Of a stretch of 64,000 bases of DNA, positions 36,232 through 47,515 are shown one piece after another. Positions within the stretch are counted from its first letter, which is position 1; each line of letters opens with the position of its first letter. The position numbers and the translations under genes are program-made. The stretch is taken from contig JACRMA010000016.1 of the NCBI GenBank assembly GCA_016235085.1, positions 10,425 through 74,424 on the forward strand, read 5' to 3'. Origin of the DNA: Candidatus Zixiibacteriota bacterium (lineage in GTDB: Bacteria > Zixibacteria > MSB-5A5 > WJJR01). The notes beneath the pieces were generated by a model, which saw nothing but the letters and a program-made list of their open reading frames with translations, had not been told where the DNA came from and made no database searches.

Positions 36232-39200
36232 TCAGGCATCGCCGACAACCAATGGCTGTTCCGGCTGAGTGCTCGAATGTGAAGGCTTCGAAGACGGACT
36301 CGTTTCCGGCATAGCGTTTCTGCTGTGCAAATCCTGAAGCGCAACCGGTTCGAGCGCGTTCAGGCGAAGGGCACGAATTGCCTCCAGCGTCGCGCGGGCG
36401 GCCGACATTGTGGTCAAGAGCAGGACATTGAGCGAATGGCACTCGCGGCGCATCAGCATGTCGTCGCGAAAGCTCTCCCGGCCGAGCGGCGTGTTAATCA
36501 CGACGTCGATGTCGCCATTCTTCAGGAGGTCCAACGCGTGGGGGCGGTCTTCCTTGAGTTTGTTCACTCGCGTAACCCGTAGTCCATGACTCTGCAGAAA
36601 CTCCGCCGTCCCGCGTGTGGCCAAGAGCCGAAATCCAAGTTCCGCCAGAGATCGCGCAATCGGCAGGACCGTCGGCTTGTCGTGATCATTGACAGTAATG
36701 TACACGGTGCCACGCAAGGGCACCGGGAACCCGGCGCCCTGCTGGCTTTTCGCGAACGCCCCGCCGAATGTCGGGGCGGCGCCCATTACCTCGCCGGTGG
36801 AGCGCATTTCCGGACCGAGGAGAGTGTCGACTCCTGGGAATTTCTTGAACGGGAAGACGCTGGCCTTCACGAAGTAGCCCGGTGGCACCGGTTCCTCCGT
36901 CAATCCCAGTTCTTTCAACGTGCGGCCCACCAAAATCTTCGCCGCCAGCTTGGCGAGCGGAATACCGGTGGCCTTCGATACGAAGGGAACAGTGCGCGAC
37001 GCGCGGGGATTTACCTCCAGCATGTAAACAACGCCATCTTTGATGGCGAACTGGATATTCATCAACCCCTTGACCTGCAGCGCCAGCGCCAGACGCCGTG
37101 CCTGCTCCCGCATCGTTGCCAATGCTTCGGCCGAGATCAAATAGCTGGGCAGTACGCAACTCGAATCTCCCGAGTGGACCCCCGCCTCCTCGATGTGCTG
37201 CATGATTCCGCCGATGACGACATCCGTGCCGTCGCTGAGTGCGTCCACGTCGACCTCAAATGCATCCTCCAGATACCGGTCGATCAACAGCGGTCCCTGG
37301 TCCGACGCCTCGAGAGCCCGGCCGAAGTAACGTCCCATTTCTTCATCATCGTAAACAACGACCATTGCCCGTCCGCCAAGGACGTACGAGGGACGGACCA
37401 GCACCGGATATCCGATGGATTGTACCACGGTTTTGGCTTCGTCGAGCGTGGTCGCGAATCCGTTCTCGGGACAGCGAATGCCGAGTTCATCGAGCAGCCG
37501 TCCGCAACGTTGGCGGTCCTCGGCCAGATCGATCGCCTCCGGTGATGTGCCCATGATCGGCACACCGTGGCCGTGAAGAGCCAGCGCGAGCCGCAGTGGT
37601 GTTTGTCCGCCGAACTGCACAATCACACCATCGGGACGTTCCTGATCGATGACGTTGAGGACGTCTTCCAAGGTCAGTGGTTCGAAATAGAGTTTGTCGG
37701 AAATGTCGTAATCCGTTGAGACGGTCTCCGGGTTGTTGTTCACCATGATCGTCTCGTACCCCTCTTCGCGAAGGGCGATGGACGCGTGCACGCAGCAATA
37801 GTCGAATTCGATCCCCTGGCCGATACGATTGGGACCGCCGCCCAGTATCATGATCTTGGGCCGATCGGTGCGCACCGACTCGTTTTCTTCTTCGTACGTG
37901 GAGTAATGGTACGGTGTGCTGGCGGGAAATTCCCCGCCGCAAGTATCGACTGTTTTATAAACCGGTGTGATCCGTTCGGCACCGCGGGCGCGACGCACCT
38001 CACTCTCCACGGTGCCGCAGATCTCCGCGATGCGCCGGTCGCTGAATCCGTGCCGTTTGGCCTCCAAAAGTGTCTCGGGAGTGAGCGGTTCAATATGAGC
38101 GCAGAGCTTATCTTCGAACTGCAGAATTTCAGCGATCTGATGCAGGAACCATGGATCGATGCGGCTCAACTGGCAGATTTCATCGATGCTCATTCCGTTT
38201 CGCAATGCCCGGACGACCGCATCCAACCGTTGCGCGTTGGGTGTCATGAGACGCGGACGAATTTCGGACTCAGGCATCGCACGCAATTTGGGGGACCCCA
38301 GACCGAATTGGCCGGTCTCCAATGAGCGCAGCCCCTTCTGTAAAGCCTCCTTGAACGTGCGTCCGATCGCCATTGTCTCGCCGACACTCTTCATTTGAGT
38401 GCCGATCGTATCCTCAATGCCGGAGAATTTCTCGAAGGCAAAGCGCGGGATCTTCACCACGTGGTAGTCAATGGTCGGTTCGAATGACGCCGGAGTCTTG
38501 CGCGTTATGTCGTTGGGGATTTCGTCCAGTGTATAGCCGACGGCCAGCTTGGCGGCGATCTTTGCAATGGGGAAGCCGGTGGCCTTGGAGGCCAGGGCGG
38601 AGGAGCGCGAGACACGCGGGTTCATCTCGATGATCAGCACGCGGCCATCCTCGGGATTGACCGCGAACTGCACATTCGCCCCACCGGTTTCGACTCCCAC
38701 GCGAGTCAGTACTTTGCGCGTCTGATCGCGGAGTACCTGATACTCACGGTCAGTCAGAGTCAGTGCCGGGGCGACAGTGATTGAGTCACCGGTATGCACG
38801 CCGACCGGGTCGACATTCTCGATGGAGCAGACAACGACGAAATTGTCTGCGGCATCGCGCATGACTTCCAGTTCGTATTCCTTCCAGCCGAGGACCGATT
38901 CTTCCATGATGACTTCGTGGACGGGCGATGCCTCCAGTCCGCCGCGAACCACGCGCTCGACTTCTTCACGGTTGTAAGCGATACCGCTTCCGGCGCCGCC
39001 GAGTGTGAACGAAGGACGAATAATGGCAGGGGAGCCGATCATCTCAAACGCGGCCAATGCATCGGGTACGGAGGTGACCCGCACGCCCCGCGGTGTCTCC
39101 AGGCCGATCTCATGCATCGCCGTCGCGAACAGCCGCCGGTCCTCGGCGACACGGATCGTATCCAGACGGGCGCCGATCAGCTTCACGCCGAAATCCTTGA

Positions 39201-39522
39201 GTACTCCGGCATCGGAGAGTTGCACCGCCAGGTTAAGCGCGGTTTGGCCGCCGACCGTGGGAAGCACCACATCCGGCTGCTCTTTTTCAATGATGCGTGT
39301 CAAAGTCCGCAGATTGAGCGGTTCGATGTACGTGCGGTCGGCGAGCTCCGGGTCGGTCATGATCGTGGCCGGGTTCGAATTTACAAGGACGATCCGGTAA
39401 CCGTCGGCACGAAGCGCCTTGACCGCCTGAGTCCCGGAGTAATCAAACTCGCACGCCTGCCCGATGACGATGGGGCCGGACCCGATGATCAGGATGGTTT
39501 CAATGTCGGTGCGACGTGGCAT
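36232..39522 (-). CDS. carB: Carbamoyl-phosphate synthase large subunit
   Basis: [33 protein letters not shown] and duplicated ATP-grasp halves. 1096 aa, with a short Pro/Ser-rich C-terminal extension. Confidence 0.95.
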   Translation of the reverse strand: MPRRTDIETILIIGSGPIVIGQACEFDYSGTQAVKALRADGYRIVLVNSNPATIMTDPELADRTYIEPLNLRTLTRIIEKEQPDVVLPTVGGQTALNLAVQLSDAGVLKDFGVKLIGARLDTIRVAEDRRLFATAMHEIGLETPRGVRVTSVPDALAAFEMIGSPAIIRPSFTLGGAGSGIAYNREEVERVVRGGLEASPVHEVIMEESVLGWKEYELEVMRDAADNFVVVCSIENVDPVGVHTGDSITVAPALTLTDREYQVLRDQTRKVLTRVGVETGGANVQFAVNPEDGRVLIIEMNPRVSRSSALASKATGFPIAKIAAKLAVGYTLDEIPNDITRKTPASFEPTIDYHVVKIPRFAFEKFSGIEDTIGTQMKSVGETMAIGRTFKEALQKGLRSLETGQFGLGSPKLRAMPESEIRPRLMTPNAQRLDAVVRALRNGMSIDEICQLSRIDPWFLHQIAEILQFEDKLCAHIEPLTPETLLEAKRHGFSDRRIAEICGTVESEVRRARGAERITPVYKTVDTCGGEFPASTPYHYSTYEEENESVRTDRPKIMILGGGPNRIGQGIEFDYCCVHASIALREEGYETIMVNNNPETVSTDYDISDKLYFEPLTLEDVLNVIDQERPDGVIVQFGGQTPLRLALALHGHGVPIMGTSPEAIDLAEDRQRCGRLLDELGIRCPENGFATTLDEAKTVVQSIGYPVLVRPSYVLGGRAMVVVYDDEEMGRYFGRALEASDQGPLLIDRYLEDAFEVDVDALSDGTDVVIGGIMQHIEEAGVHSGDSSCVLPSYLISAEALATMREQARRLALALQVKGLMNIQFAIKDGVVYMLEVNPRASRTVPFVSKATGIPLAKLAAKILVGRTLKELGLTEEPVPPGYFVKASVFPFKKFPGVDTLLGPEMRSTGEVMGAAPTFGGAFAKSQQGAGFPVPLRGTVYITVNDHDKPTVLPIARSLAELGFRLLATRGTAEFLQSHGLRVTRVNKLKEDRPHALDLLKNGDIDVVINTPLGRESFRDDMLMRRECHSLNVLLLTTMSAARATLEAIRALRLNALEPVALQDLHSRNAMPETSPSSKPSHSSTQPEQPLVVGDA

Positions 39523-39531
39523 TCGAATGGC

Positions 39532-40632
39532 TCAGCGTGATTCCAGCGATTCCACGAATCGGTCGAACAGGTATCCGGCATCATGGGGACCCGGTGCGGC
39601 TTCGGGATGGTACTGTACGGAGAACGCCTTCTGTGCTTCCAGAGAAAACCCTTCGACCGAATGGTCATTGAGATTGAGATGGGTGATCACCGCGCCGCGC
39701 TCCTCGAGCGAGTCGGGGTCGACGGCGAATCCATGGTTTTGCGATGTGATCTCAATCCGCCGGGTGACGAGATCCTGCACCGGATGATTGGCGCCGTGGT
39801 GCCCGAAGGGGAGCTTGTAGGTGCGGGCCCCGATGGCCAGCGCCAGCAACTGGTGGCCCAGACAGATCCCCATCAGCGGTTTGCGTCCCATCAAATGCCG
39901 CACCTGCTCCACCGCATGCGTGCAAGCGGCAGGATCACCGGGGCCATTGGAGAGGAAAAACCCGTCGGGATCGAGCTTGAGCAGTTCCTCTGCCGGTGTG
40001 CCGGCGGGGAAGACCTGGACCGATACACCGCGCGCAGCCAGTGAGCGGAAGATGTTTTGTTTGGCCCCGAAGTCGTAGGCGCACACGCGGAAACGCTCCT
40101 CGCCGTCCGCCGGGATCGTGTACGAGTCGCAGCAACTGACCGAAGAGACGAGTTCCCGTCCCTCCATCGATCCCCACGCCCGAACCTGTTCGAGCAGTTC
40201 CCCGACGTTCGAATTCCCAGGCGCAATCGCCCCGGCGACAGAGCCTCGATCGCGAATGTGCCGGGTCAGCGCCCGGGTGTCGATTCCAGAGAGTCCGGCG
40301 ATATTGGCAGCTTCCAGATACGAAGCCAGAGTCTGCGTGGCCCGGCGATTCGAATGGATGGGGGAGAGGTCGCGCACGATTAATGCGGCGGCGTGAATCT
40401 GACGGTCGTGGCTTTCGATGTCTTCGTCATTGACGCCATAGACGCCGATATGCGGCTGGGTCATGCAGACCATCTGGCCGCAGTAGGACGGATCGGTCAG
40501 GATCTCCTGATATCCGGTGATCGCGGTATTGAAGATGACTTCGCCGACAACCGTCTTGCGGGCTCCGAAACCAAATCCTCGAAACGTCCGACCGTCGGCC
40601 AGTACGAGGATGGTATCCGGGCCGCTGCTCAT
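39532..40632 (-). CDS. carA: Carbamoyl-phosphate synthase small subunit (glutamine amidotransferase)
   Basis: GATase triad region GICLGHQLLALA and a conserved N-terminal domain. It lies immediately upstream of carB. Confidence 0.95.
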   Translation of the reverse strand: MSSGPDTILVLADGRTFRGFGFGARKTVVGEVIFNTAITGYQEILTDPSYCGQMVCMTQPHIGVYGVNDEDIESHDRQIHAAALIVRDLSPIHSNRRATQTLASYLEAANIAGLSGIDTRALTRHIRDRGSVAGAIAPGNSNVGELLEQVRAWGSMEGRELVSSVSCCDSYTIPADGEERFRVCAYDFGAKQNIFRSLAARGVSVQVFPAGTPAEELLKLDPDGFFLSNGPGDPAACTHAVEQVRHLMGRKPLMGICLGHQLLALAIGARTYKLPFGHHGANHPVQDLVTRRIEITSQNHGFAVDPDSLEERGAVITHLNLNDHSVEGFSLEAQKAFSVQYHPEAAPGPHDAGYLFDRFVESLESR

Positions 40633-40834
40633 CTGATTGGGGAGATCACCATCTGGATCGTAGAATTGTCCGGCACTGGGATGACAGATGCCCGATTGCG
40701 GCCTTGAGCGAGAGTCTTGATTCGATCAGGACAAACTTCAGCATCTATAGGCCGCATCGAGCGGCACGTAATCCTGTCTGAGGTCGCATGTCAAGAATGA
40801 AGCGGGGCGCAGTAGGGTGCGTGATTCACGCACC

Positions 40835-41527
40835 CTACGGGGTTGTCGGTGGTTTTGGTCTCGCACCAACGAGCAGCAGCCACAGCGCAAACGCCAGCTC
40901 ACCGAGCAACGCAGGCAAGGCAATGTTGTAGGCCAGCTTGGCGTATGCAGGCAGAAGGAGGCCAGTGAAACTCATCAGAACATAGGCCACGCCGTTGAGG
41001 ATCAGCCAGATGCCCAGGAAACGGGGGAGGAATCCCGAGCGAAACACCAGCCAGCCAAGAGGAAATAGCCACAGGCCCCAGAACATCTCGGACAGCGCTG
41101 TGCTCTTGTCGTTGAGGTGAAGGCACCACATCGCCATGGTCTCGCGCTGTGCCTTGTCGAGTATCATCAGGAAATCGGCGCCGCGCAGGAGCTCCAGCGC
41201 GCCGATCTGGAGCAATTGAGTCACGAACGATTGCGGAACCTGGACCAGCACCAGGATCAGCATAACAGCCGCCTGGTGCGGGTTTGTCTCCTTGAGCAAA
41301 TGGTAGAGAACCAGAGCGGTGAACATGAAGATGATCGTGGCAGCAAGACCGACCGCGAGGTCGATTCGATACAAGGACTCGTGGGCGAGAATCCGACTGG
41401 CGGTCTCGGCAGGGTTTCCCTTCACGATCAGCTTGCCGGGGACATACATGAGAGTGAACAGGCCGGTGATCACCATCAGCATGTAGAGCACTCCGGCAAC
41501 CCGTGCCGTCTTCTTGATGTCAGTCAT
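40835..41527 (-). CDS. Membrane protein, DUF4386-like
   Basis: About 6 TM helices and an N-terminus MTDIKKTARVAGVLYMLMVITGLF typical of this family. Confidence 0.55.
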   Translation of the reverse strand: MTDIKKTARVAGVLYMLMVITGLFTLMYVPGKLIVKGNPAETASRILAHESLYRIDLAVGLAATIIFMFTALVLYHLLKETNPHQAAVMLILVLVQVPQSFVTQLLQIGALELLRGADFLMILDKAQRETMAMWCLHLNDKSTALSEMFWGLWLFPLGWLVFRSGFLPRFLGIWLILNGVAYVLMSFTGLLLPAYAKLAYNIALPALLGELAFALWLLLVGARPKPPTTP

Positions 41528-41762
41528 GTGCCTCCTCCCCGGCGGTCATTCACTGCTCTACGGGAGTTTCAGCAATTCGTTGCAAAGGCGCTGAAGGGGG
41601 CGGTCCAAGAGAGCGTTCCGGACCTCGATGGAAACGGCGACTCCTCCACCGGGGGACGAAACATCGTCTCTCAGCGAAGCAGGTACTGTGGTTCAATTGG
41701 CGAAATGGAAATGAGACGTAAAAGCGGAGACGTGGGGATTCGCCAACAGCTCGCTTCGGCAA

Positions 41763-41875
41763 CCCCTTGAATCTCTTGTGATTGCATGGCTCTCCGGTGC
41801 CTTGACATGTTCGCCTGCGTCAAGTCCGTCGAGTTGCGTCGAGTTTCTTCAACCCTTGTGCACTTATTCGTTGGA
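41763..41875. repeat. ~110-nt conserved intergenic repeat, copy A
   Basis: CCCCTTGAATCTCTTGTGATTGCATG ... CGTCGAGTTTCTTCAACCCTTGTGCACTT. It is more than 80% identical to the copies at 45831-45935 and 47809-47915. Confidence 0.85.
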
Positions 41876-42031
41876 TGAGCGTTATGAAAAACGACACGCC
41901 CAAAGACTCTGTCGCCGAGCCTCGCAGGGATCATGTAAAGTGTTGATCAATACAACGCAATTTGACCGCACGCGTCGGCTCCCCGACAAATCGTCGTTGG
42001 TTTTCTGGAACCCTGACGGGATTATACCGTC

Positions 42032-43018
42032 ATGGTGAGTGAACCCGGCGCAACACCAGCATCGGCAACGAAAGACGAGATCCTCATCGGCATCTCGTCC
42101 TGCCTGCTCGGAGAGAAGGTTCGCTTCGACGGCGGACACAAGCATGACCGTTTCCTGACAGATACAGTTGGGCCCTTTGTCAGATTCACTCCCGTATGTC
42201 CGGAGGTCGACATCGGAATGGGCACTCCACGCGAGGCGATACATCTGGTTGCTTCCGAGGGCGGTGTCCGGCTCGTCGCACCGAAAAGCGGCGAGGACTA
42301 TACGGCCCGGATGACCCGATACGCCCGCCAGAAGTCGGCCGACTTGGCGGCCCTCAACCTGGATGGCTACATTCTCAAGAAAGATTCCCCGAGCTGCGGC
42401 ATGGAGCGCGTACGCGTCTACGGCACGAGCGGGATGGCCTCCCGCACTGGTACGGGACTCTTCGCCGCCGAGTTGATCGCTGCGTTCCCGCTCCTTCCAG
42501 TTGAGGAAGAGGGACGCTTGAATGATCCGCAGTTGCGCGAGAACTTCTTTGAGCGGGTCTTTGCCCACCGCCGGCTGAAGGCCTTCTTCGATGGTCGATG
42601 GAACGTCGGCGGTCTCGTGCGCTTCCATGCGGCAGAAAAGCTGCTCCTCCTGGCCCATGATCGTCCCGCACTGGCAGCGCTTGGCCGTCTCGTTGCCGGG
42701 GCAAAAGGTCGCCCAAGTGCCGGGCTGGCAGAAGAGTACCAAAACGCATTCATGCAGGGGCTCCGCAAGCTGGCAACCGTCCGGAAGCACACCAATGTTC
42801 TCCAGCACGCGGCGGGGTACTTCAAGAACCAGCTTGGCGCAGGCGAAAAGCAGGAGTTGAGCGGCGCGATTGAGGATTACCATCGGGGCCTGATACCTTT
42901 GATCGCGCCGTTGATCTTGATTCGGCACTATGTGCGTCTTCACGAGGTGGCGTATTTGGCTGGCCAGACTTACTTGGAACCGCATCCCAAGGAGCTGATG
43001 CTGCGGAATCACGTCTGA
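42032..43018 (+). CDS. DUF523 + DUF1722 (YbbK/YbgA-like) domain protein
   Basis: DUF523 motif ILIGISSCLLGEKVRFDGGHKH ... CPEVDIGMG and a C-terminal DUF1722 helical domain. The longer antisense ORF 41882-43033 is judged spurious. Confidence 0.75.
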   Translation: MVSEPGATPASATKDEILIGISSCLLGEKVRFDGGHKHDRFLTDTVGPFVRFTPVCPEVDIGMGTPREAIHLVASEGGVRLVAPKSGEDYTARMTRYARQKSADLAALNLDGYILKKDSPSCGMERVRVYGTSGMASRTGTGLFAAELIAAFPLLPVEEEGRLNDPQLRENFFERVFAHRRLKAFFDGRWNVGGLVRFHAAEKLLLLAHDRPALAALGRLVAGAKGRPSAGLAEEYQNAFMQGLRKLATVRKHTNVLQHAAGYFKNQLGAGEKQELSGAIEDYHRGLIPLIAPLILIRHYVRLHEVAYLAGQTYLEPHPKELMLRNHV

Positions 43019-43186
43019 CATCTGCATCCGCACTTCTTCTTCAAGCTGACGGATGGCTGTCGCCCTTTGGTGTGCTAAATGGCGAGACGAAACGCGCAGA
43101 CAAGCCGCTGGTCAGGATCGAACCAGCGTTCGGCAACCGGATCGACGGTGTCGCTCGAGGCATGATACTTTGAGGAGTAAATCGGC

Positions 43187-45496
43187 ATGATCACCGGCGT
43201 CAAGAGCCCCAATCGCGACTGCTTCGTCCTCGTTCTGATTCTTCTAGTCCAGCTCGCATCTCCGGTTCTGGCGCAGAACAATCCCAGACGCGGTTCCATG
43301 GTGGGGAGCGTGGTTGACGCCATAACCCGCGAAGCCTTGGCGGGGGCTTCGGTGCAGATCATGGGCACAAATCTCGGGGTGCAGACAGATACCACTGGAC
43401 GATTCAAAATCGAGAGTGTCCCTCTCGGTGAGTACTCGGTTCGGGCGTCGTATGTTGGTTATGCGGCGCTCGTCAAGACCGACATCAGCGCCGCGGCCGC
43501 CAGACCGCCTGAGGTCGAATTCGCCCTGCAGCCGATCCCGGTGGAAGGGCGAACGATTACAGTGACACCAGAATACTTTCCCAGAACCACCGAATCCCAA
43601 ATCAGCGTACAAAGTCAGTCGGCCGAGGAGATTCGCCGTCTGCCTGGTGGCTTCGAAGATGTCGTTCGCGCTGTCTCGATTCTCCCCGGAGTGGGACAGG
43701 CGCAGCCGGGACGCAATGACCTGATCGTTCGAGGTGGCGCCCCATCGGAGAACCTCTATGTTATCGACGATCTGGAAGTTCCCAACATCAATCACTTCGG
43801 CACCCAGGGTTTCGCCGGTGGTCCCTTGAGTTTCATCAACCTCGACTTCGTCCGAAGTACATCCTTTTCCTCGGGCGGTTTTGGCGCCCGCTACGGTGAC
43901 CGTCTGTCAAGTCTGCTGAAACTCGACTTGCGCGACGGACGCACCGATCGTCTCGGCGGCAAGGCGACCATTTCCTCTTCACAGTTTGGTCTGAATCTTG
44001 AAGGGCCGGTCCGTCAGAGAGGCTCCTATATACTGTCGGCCCGGCGTAGCTATCTCGACTTCATCTTCAAGGCGGCCGGCTTTTCGTTTGTCCCTGAATA
44101 CTGGGATTTCCTGGGCAAAACTGACTATCGGCTCGATCGCGCCAACAGCATCCGGATCCTTGGCATTGGGGCGCTCGACAGGACTCGATTTTTCAATGAC
44201 ACTCCCGATAGGCGGTTCGATAATTCGCGCGTTCTCGGCAGCAATCAGAATCAGGCGATCGGGTATGCCAGTTGGGAACACCTGTTCAAGAAAGGTTTTG
44301 CGACCCTCACTTTCGGTCAGACCTACACGGATTTCCGCTACCGGCAGGACGATTCGCTGCTGAATCCGGTCTTTCGGAACAACTCGTCCGAATCGGAGAC
44401 GTCGCTGCGCGGTGACTTGGTGCTGAGGCCGGCGCGCCGCACCACGGTCTCGGCGGGCGGGCAAGGAAGGCTTGGGGCGATCAACGCGAACTTGTTTGCT
44501 GCTCCGTTCGTCAACAGCTTTGGACAGGATGTTGCCGTGGATATTTCGCGCGACACGACCGCGATCAAATCGTCGGGCTACGTGCAATTGACTCAGGGCC
44601 TGAGCCGACTCAACCTGACAGGTGGGATGCGCTTCGATTACTTCAATTTGATCAAAGACAACTTCGTGGCGTCGCCGCGTTTCTCAGCCAGTTACGCATT
44701 GACGCCGACGCTGAATCTCAACACCGCCGCGGGGCTTTACTACCAGTCGCCCTCCTACATCTGGTTGCTGGCGAATCCCGAGAACGGGCAATTGAAGTTT
44801 GTCGGAGCCAACCAATACATCATCGGCGTCGATCACGTCCTATGGTCGGACACGAGAATGAGTGTTGAGTTCTATCTGAAGGACTACTTCGATTACCCGG
44901 CGAGCACGCGGCAGCCATACCTTGTCCTGGCCAACACGGGGGCCGGATATGGTGGACGGGATGAAGGGTTCGTCTCTTTTGGGATCGACCCACTTGTCAG
45001 TCGCGGCGCGGGGCGCTCCCGTGGTCTCGAGGTGTTGGTGCAGAAGAAACTCTCTGGGATTCCGTGTTACGGAATTCTGGCGGTGAGCTACGGCGAAACC
45101 AGGTTTCGCGGTGTCGACGGTGTTATGAGGCCGGGGAGCTACGACCAGCGCTTGATTGCGAATCTCGGAGGCGGGTATATCTTCAATGAGAAATGGGAAC
45201 TGAGCACCAAGTTCCGTTTCGCCACAGGGTCACCCTACACGCCGTACAACGCCGATGGCACGCAGTCACCATCCGCTTACAACTCTGTGCGCCTTCCAGC
45301 CAACCACAGCCTTGATCTGCGAGTCGACCGGCGCTGGAATTTCGCTGGCTGGACGATGATCACCTACTTGGATCTTCAGAATGTCTACAACCACAAGCCT
45401 CATCAGGTGCCGCGCTTCAACACCCGGACGCATAGGGTTGAAGAGAACAGTGGCATCGGCATTCTTCCCGCCATCGGCATCAGCGCGGAGTTCTGA
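43187..45496 (+). CDS. TonB-dependent outer-membrane receptor with N-terminal carboxypeptidase-regulatory-like domain (SusC/RagA-like architecture)
   Basis: Signal peptide, CarbopepD_reg-like segment GSVVDAITREALAGASVQIMGTN ... GRFKIESVPLGEYSV, plug domain, and a beta-barrel ending in the C-terminal Phe (AIGISAEF). Confidence 0.88.
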   Translation: MITGVKSPNRDCFVLVLILLVQLASPVLAQNNPRRGSMVGSVVDAITREALAGASVQIMGTNLGVQTDTTGRFKIESVPLGEYSVRASYVGYAALVKTDISAAAARPPEVEFALQPIPVEGRTITVTPEYFPRTTESQISVQSQSAEEIRRLPGGFEDVVRAVSILPGVGQAQPGRNDLIVRGGAPSENLYVIDDLEVPNINHFGTQGFAGGPLSFINLDFVRSTSFSSGGFGARYGDRLSSLLKLDLRDGRTDRLGGKATISSSQFGLNLEGPVRQRGSYILSARRSYLDFIFKAAGFSFVPEYWDFLGKTDYRLDRANSIRILGIGALDRTRFFNDTPDRRFDNSRVLGSNQNQAIGYASWEHLFKKGFATLTFGQTYTDFRYRQDDSLLNPVFRNNSSESETSLRGDLVLRPARRTTVSAGGQGRLGAINANLFAAPFVNSFGQDVAVDISRDTTAIKSSGYVQLTQGLSRLNLTGGMRFDYFNLIKDNFVASPRFSASYALTPTLNLNTAAGLYYQSPSYIWLLANPENGQLKFVGANQYIIGVDHVLWSDTRMSVEFYLKDYFDYPASTRQPYLVLANTGAGYGGRDEGFVSFGIDPLVSRGAGRSRGLEVLVQKKLSGIPCYGILAVSYGETRFRGVDGVMRPGSYDQRLIANLGGGYIFNEKWELSTKFRFATGSPYTPYNADGTQSPSAYNSVRLPANHSLDLRVDRRWNFAGWTMITYLDLQNVYNHKPHQVPRFNTRTHRVEENSGIGILPAIGISAEF

Positions 45497-45789
45497 GGCT
45501 GTATCGACTCGCGCGTCTGTTCAGCACTCATTCGACAGGCAAGAGCACTTGGCCACGCCATGGCTCGCTAGATTGGCCACATTACAAGGAGCGCTTCAGG
45601 TTCGAGGAATTTCCCCTCCGCTGGTGAGCGCGATCTTGCCCGTGTAGCTAAGTCGCTGTCCGACAATTGGGCTCTCGTCCAAATGGCAGCCAAAATCTGC
45701 GCCATCAACGACGGTTCGTTAGAAAGCCGTTAGAGGCGGAGAATTACTTCCTCGTAAATTATTGTTGGATAACGAGATAACTCGTTAGA

Positions 45790-45935
45790 AAAAGGACTTC
45801 GGAGAGGCCGGGATTCGCAAACGGCATTTTCCGGCAACTCCTTGAATTGCTTATAATTGCATGATTTTCAAGCGCTTTGAAGTGTTCACTTGCTTCAAGT
45901 TCCGTCAACTTGCGTCGAGTTTCTTCAACTTCCGT
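45790..45935. repeat. tRNA-Ser 3'-end-like fragment (18/18 nt) fused to ~110-nt conserved repeat, copy B
   Basis: CGGAGAGGCCGGGATTCG equals the 3' end of the tRNA-Ser at 50496-50582. It is followed by CCTTGAATTGCTTATAATTGCATG ... CGTCGAGTTTCTTCAACTTCCGTGCACTTGT. Confidence 0.8.
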
Positions 45936-46123
45936 GCACTTGTCCGCTAGAAGGGCGTTAGAAAGGGCAGAGCAAGAACTCGTCGAGACGAAGGCGAGTG
46001 TGTCGGTTCAGCCAAGATCGGACCACAAGGACTCCAAGCTCAGACGTGGCCTTGCCAGACTATTCCTAGCAAAGGGAGTGGCCGATGAGCCAGTCACACG
46101 ACCACAATCCGTGCCAGCTTGCC

Positions 46124-47404
46124 TCAGGGGATGATTCCCCATGAAATCCACACGAAGACAACGGCCAGTCCTATTAGTGAGATCAGGGTATAATGGATTC
46201 TTCCGATCACACCCCAGAAACCTCTTTTCCATGCGATCCAGTTGAAATAGAGCAACGCGGCGATCAGCGCAGTGTTTAGCCAGGGCAAGATCAGAAGAAC
46301 GAACCGGAGCAGACCGCCTCGGTCGGCCGTTTGCTGTTGTCCATAGGGGATCAGTTCCGGAAAACGCAGGAGAATGACAAGATACGCGAAGTCCAGCACG
46401 CAAAGCGCGCCGACGATGAGCACAGAGGCAACGGCAGGTTTCCAGGGCGTTTTGGGTTCCCCTGACTTCGCTTTGACGATTCTCCTGTAGAGGAGGCGGC
46501 CAGCCCAGAACACCGGCGACAGGAAGAAGAACAGCATGCTAAAGCTCAGGAAATACGCCGTTCCCATGTTGGCAAAGAATCTGACTCCCAGCTTCTCCGG
46601 GAAAAGAGGTCGCATGTCGACGTGATGAGGCCCTTTGGCGAGTTCCTCAGCGAGATTCATCTCGATGACGTGGGCGAAATCGTGGAAGTGGTAGAAGTAG
46701 ATCTGCCTCGAGTTCAGGTCCAGGATATAGGAATACTGGGTGGTCTTCAGATGAACGGCATCCAAAGCATCCCGGCAAGATGCGACGGTCAGGTCTCCCA
46801 TCCTCTGTACCAGACTATCGATCTTCCGGTAACGCCAGCAGGAAGGGACAGCGCCCCCCAGTTCGGATTGGCGGAAATTGGTGCATATCTGGTAGTGGCC
46901 ATTGCCCCTGACCAATTTCTCGCCCTCGATAACGACCGATTCACCGTGCCGGTCACCAAACATCCACATGGCATGGTGAAGGGGCAGGTGGTATCGCTCG
47001 GCGAGTGCTGCCACCTCTTCCACGTTGTCGCACTCGGCGAGTGCCTTATCGGGAAAGCCAACCGCTTCTTGATAGAGTGGTTTGTTCAGAGGATTGGCGT
47101 CCGGTATGGTTGGAGCACCGAACCCGTCGAAGAACAATCCCTGGTCGTTCATGCCTCCTTCATGGGATTCTGCCTGAGAGGAGCCCCCGAAGCCAAAATA
47201 GACCACGCCATGCTCGCTGGTAGACGCCGGGATGAACCATACCCGCACGTTTGTCTGTATCCAATCCTCATTGTTGCCCACCAGCACATGGTTACCCTTC
47301 TTGATGAGGAAAGCGGAACAGGCCCAGGAATCCCTGTAGAAGAGAAGGGTCAAAGCACATGCGATAAGAAGAAGATGCTTCAGCGAAAACCTGTTCTTAC
47401 CCAT
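46124..47404 (-). CDS. Ntn-hydrolase superfamily protein (choloylglycine hydrolase/C45-like, Cys nucleophile) with C-terminal multi-TM domain
   Basis: A signal-like segment then WACSAFLIKKGNHVLVGNNEDW (putative N-terminal nucleophile Cys). The C-terminal roughly 150 aa are hydrophobic helices. Start at MGKNRFSL (47404) preferred. Confidence 0.45.
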   Translation of the reverse strand: MGKNRFSLKHLLLIACALTLLFYRDSWACSAFLIKKGNHVLVGNNEDWIQTNVRVWFIPASTSEHGVVYFGFGGSSQAESHEGGMNDQGLFFDGFGAPTIPDANPLNKPLYQEAVGFPDKALAECDNVEEVAALAERYHLPLHHAMWMFGDRHGESVVIEGEKLVRGNGHYQICTNFRQSELGGAVPSCWRYRKIDSLVQRMGDLTVASCRDALDAVHLKTTQYSYILDLNSRQIYFYHFHDFAHVIEMNLAEELAKGPHHVDMRPLFPEKLGVRFFANMGTAYFLSFSMLFFFLSPVFWAGRLLYRRIVKAKSGEPKTPWKPAVASVLIVGALCVLDFAYLVILLRFPELIPYGQQQTADRGGLLRFVLLILPWLNTALIAALLYFNWIAWKRGFWGVIGRIHYTLISLIGLAVVFVWISWGIIP

Positions 47405-47515
47405 TCCTCCGTCCTGGCTTTTTGTTTCCGGGACACTCGGCATCGGTCACCAGATACACCTCGCCCATGCCGCCTTCACCGGGCTTGGCAGTGATCTTGT
47501 AGTGGCTGATGGTCT
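47397..47515 (-). pseudogene. Truncated 5' remnant of a paralogous Ser/Thr kinase gene with its promoter-proximal region
   Basis: Encodes MIGQTISHYKITAKPGEGGMGEVYLVTDAE, then decays. It is about 85% identical at the DNA level to the start of the kinase at 50247. The roughly 80 nt upstream (47516-47600) also matches 50248-50330. Confidence 0.7.

Noticed and set aside
41882-43033. 383-aa ORF on the minus strand, antisense to the DUF523/DUF1722 gene
   Set aside because: It has no recognisable motifs and an Arg/Ala/Gly-rich composition typical of antisense frames in high-GC DNA. The plus-strand ORF has clear family motifs.
45790-45807. Additional tRNA genes at the tRNA-Ser-like fragments (45790, 47771)
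   Set aside because: Only about 18 nt of the 3' acceptor/T-arm are present and no cloverleaf can be formed. They are att-like remnants, not tRNA genes.
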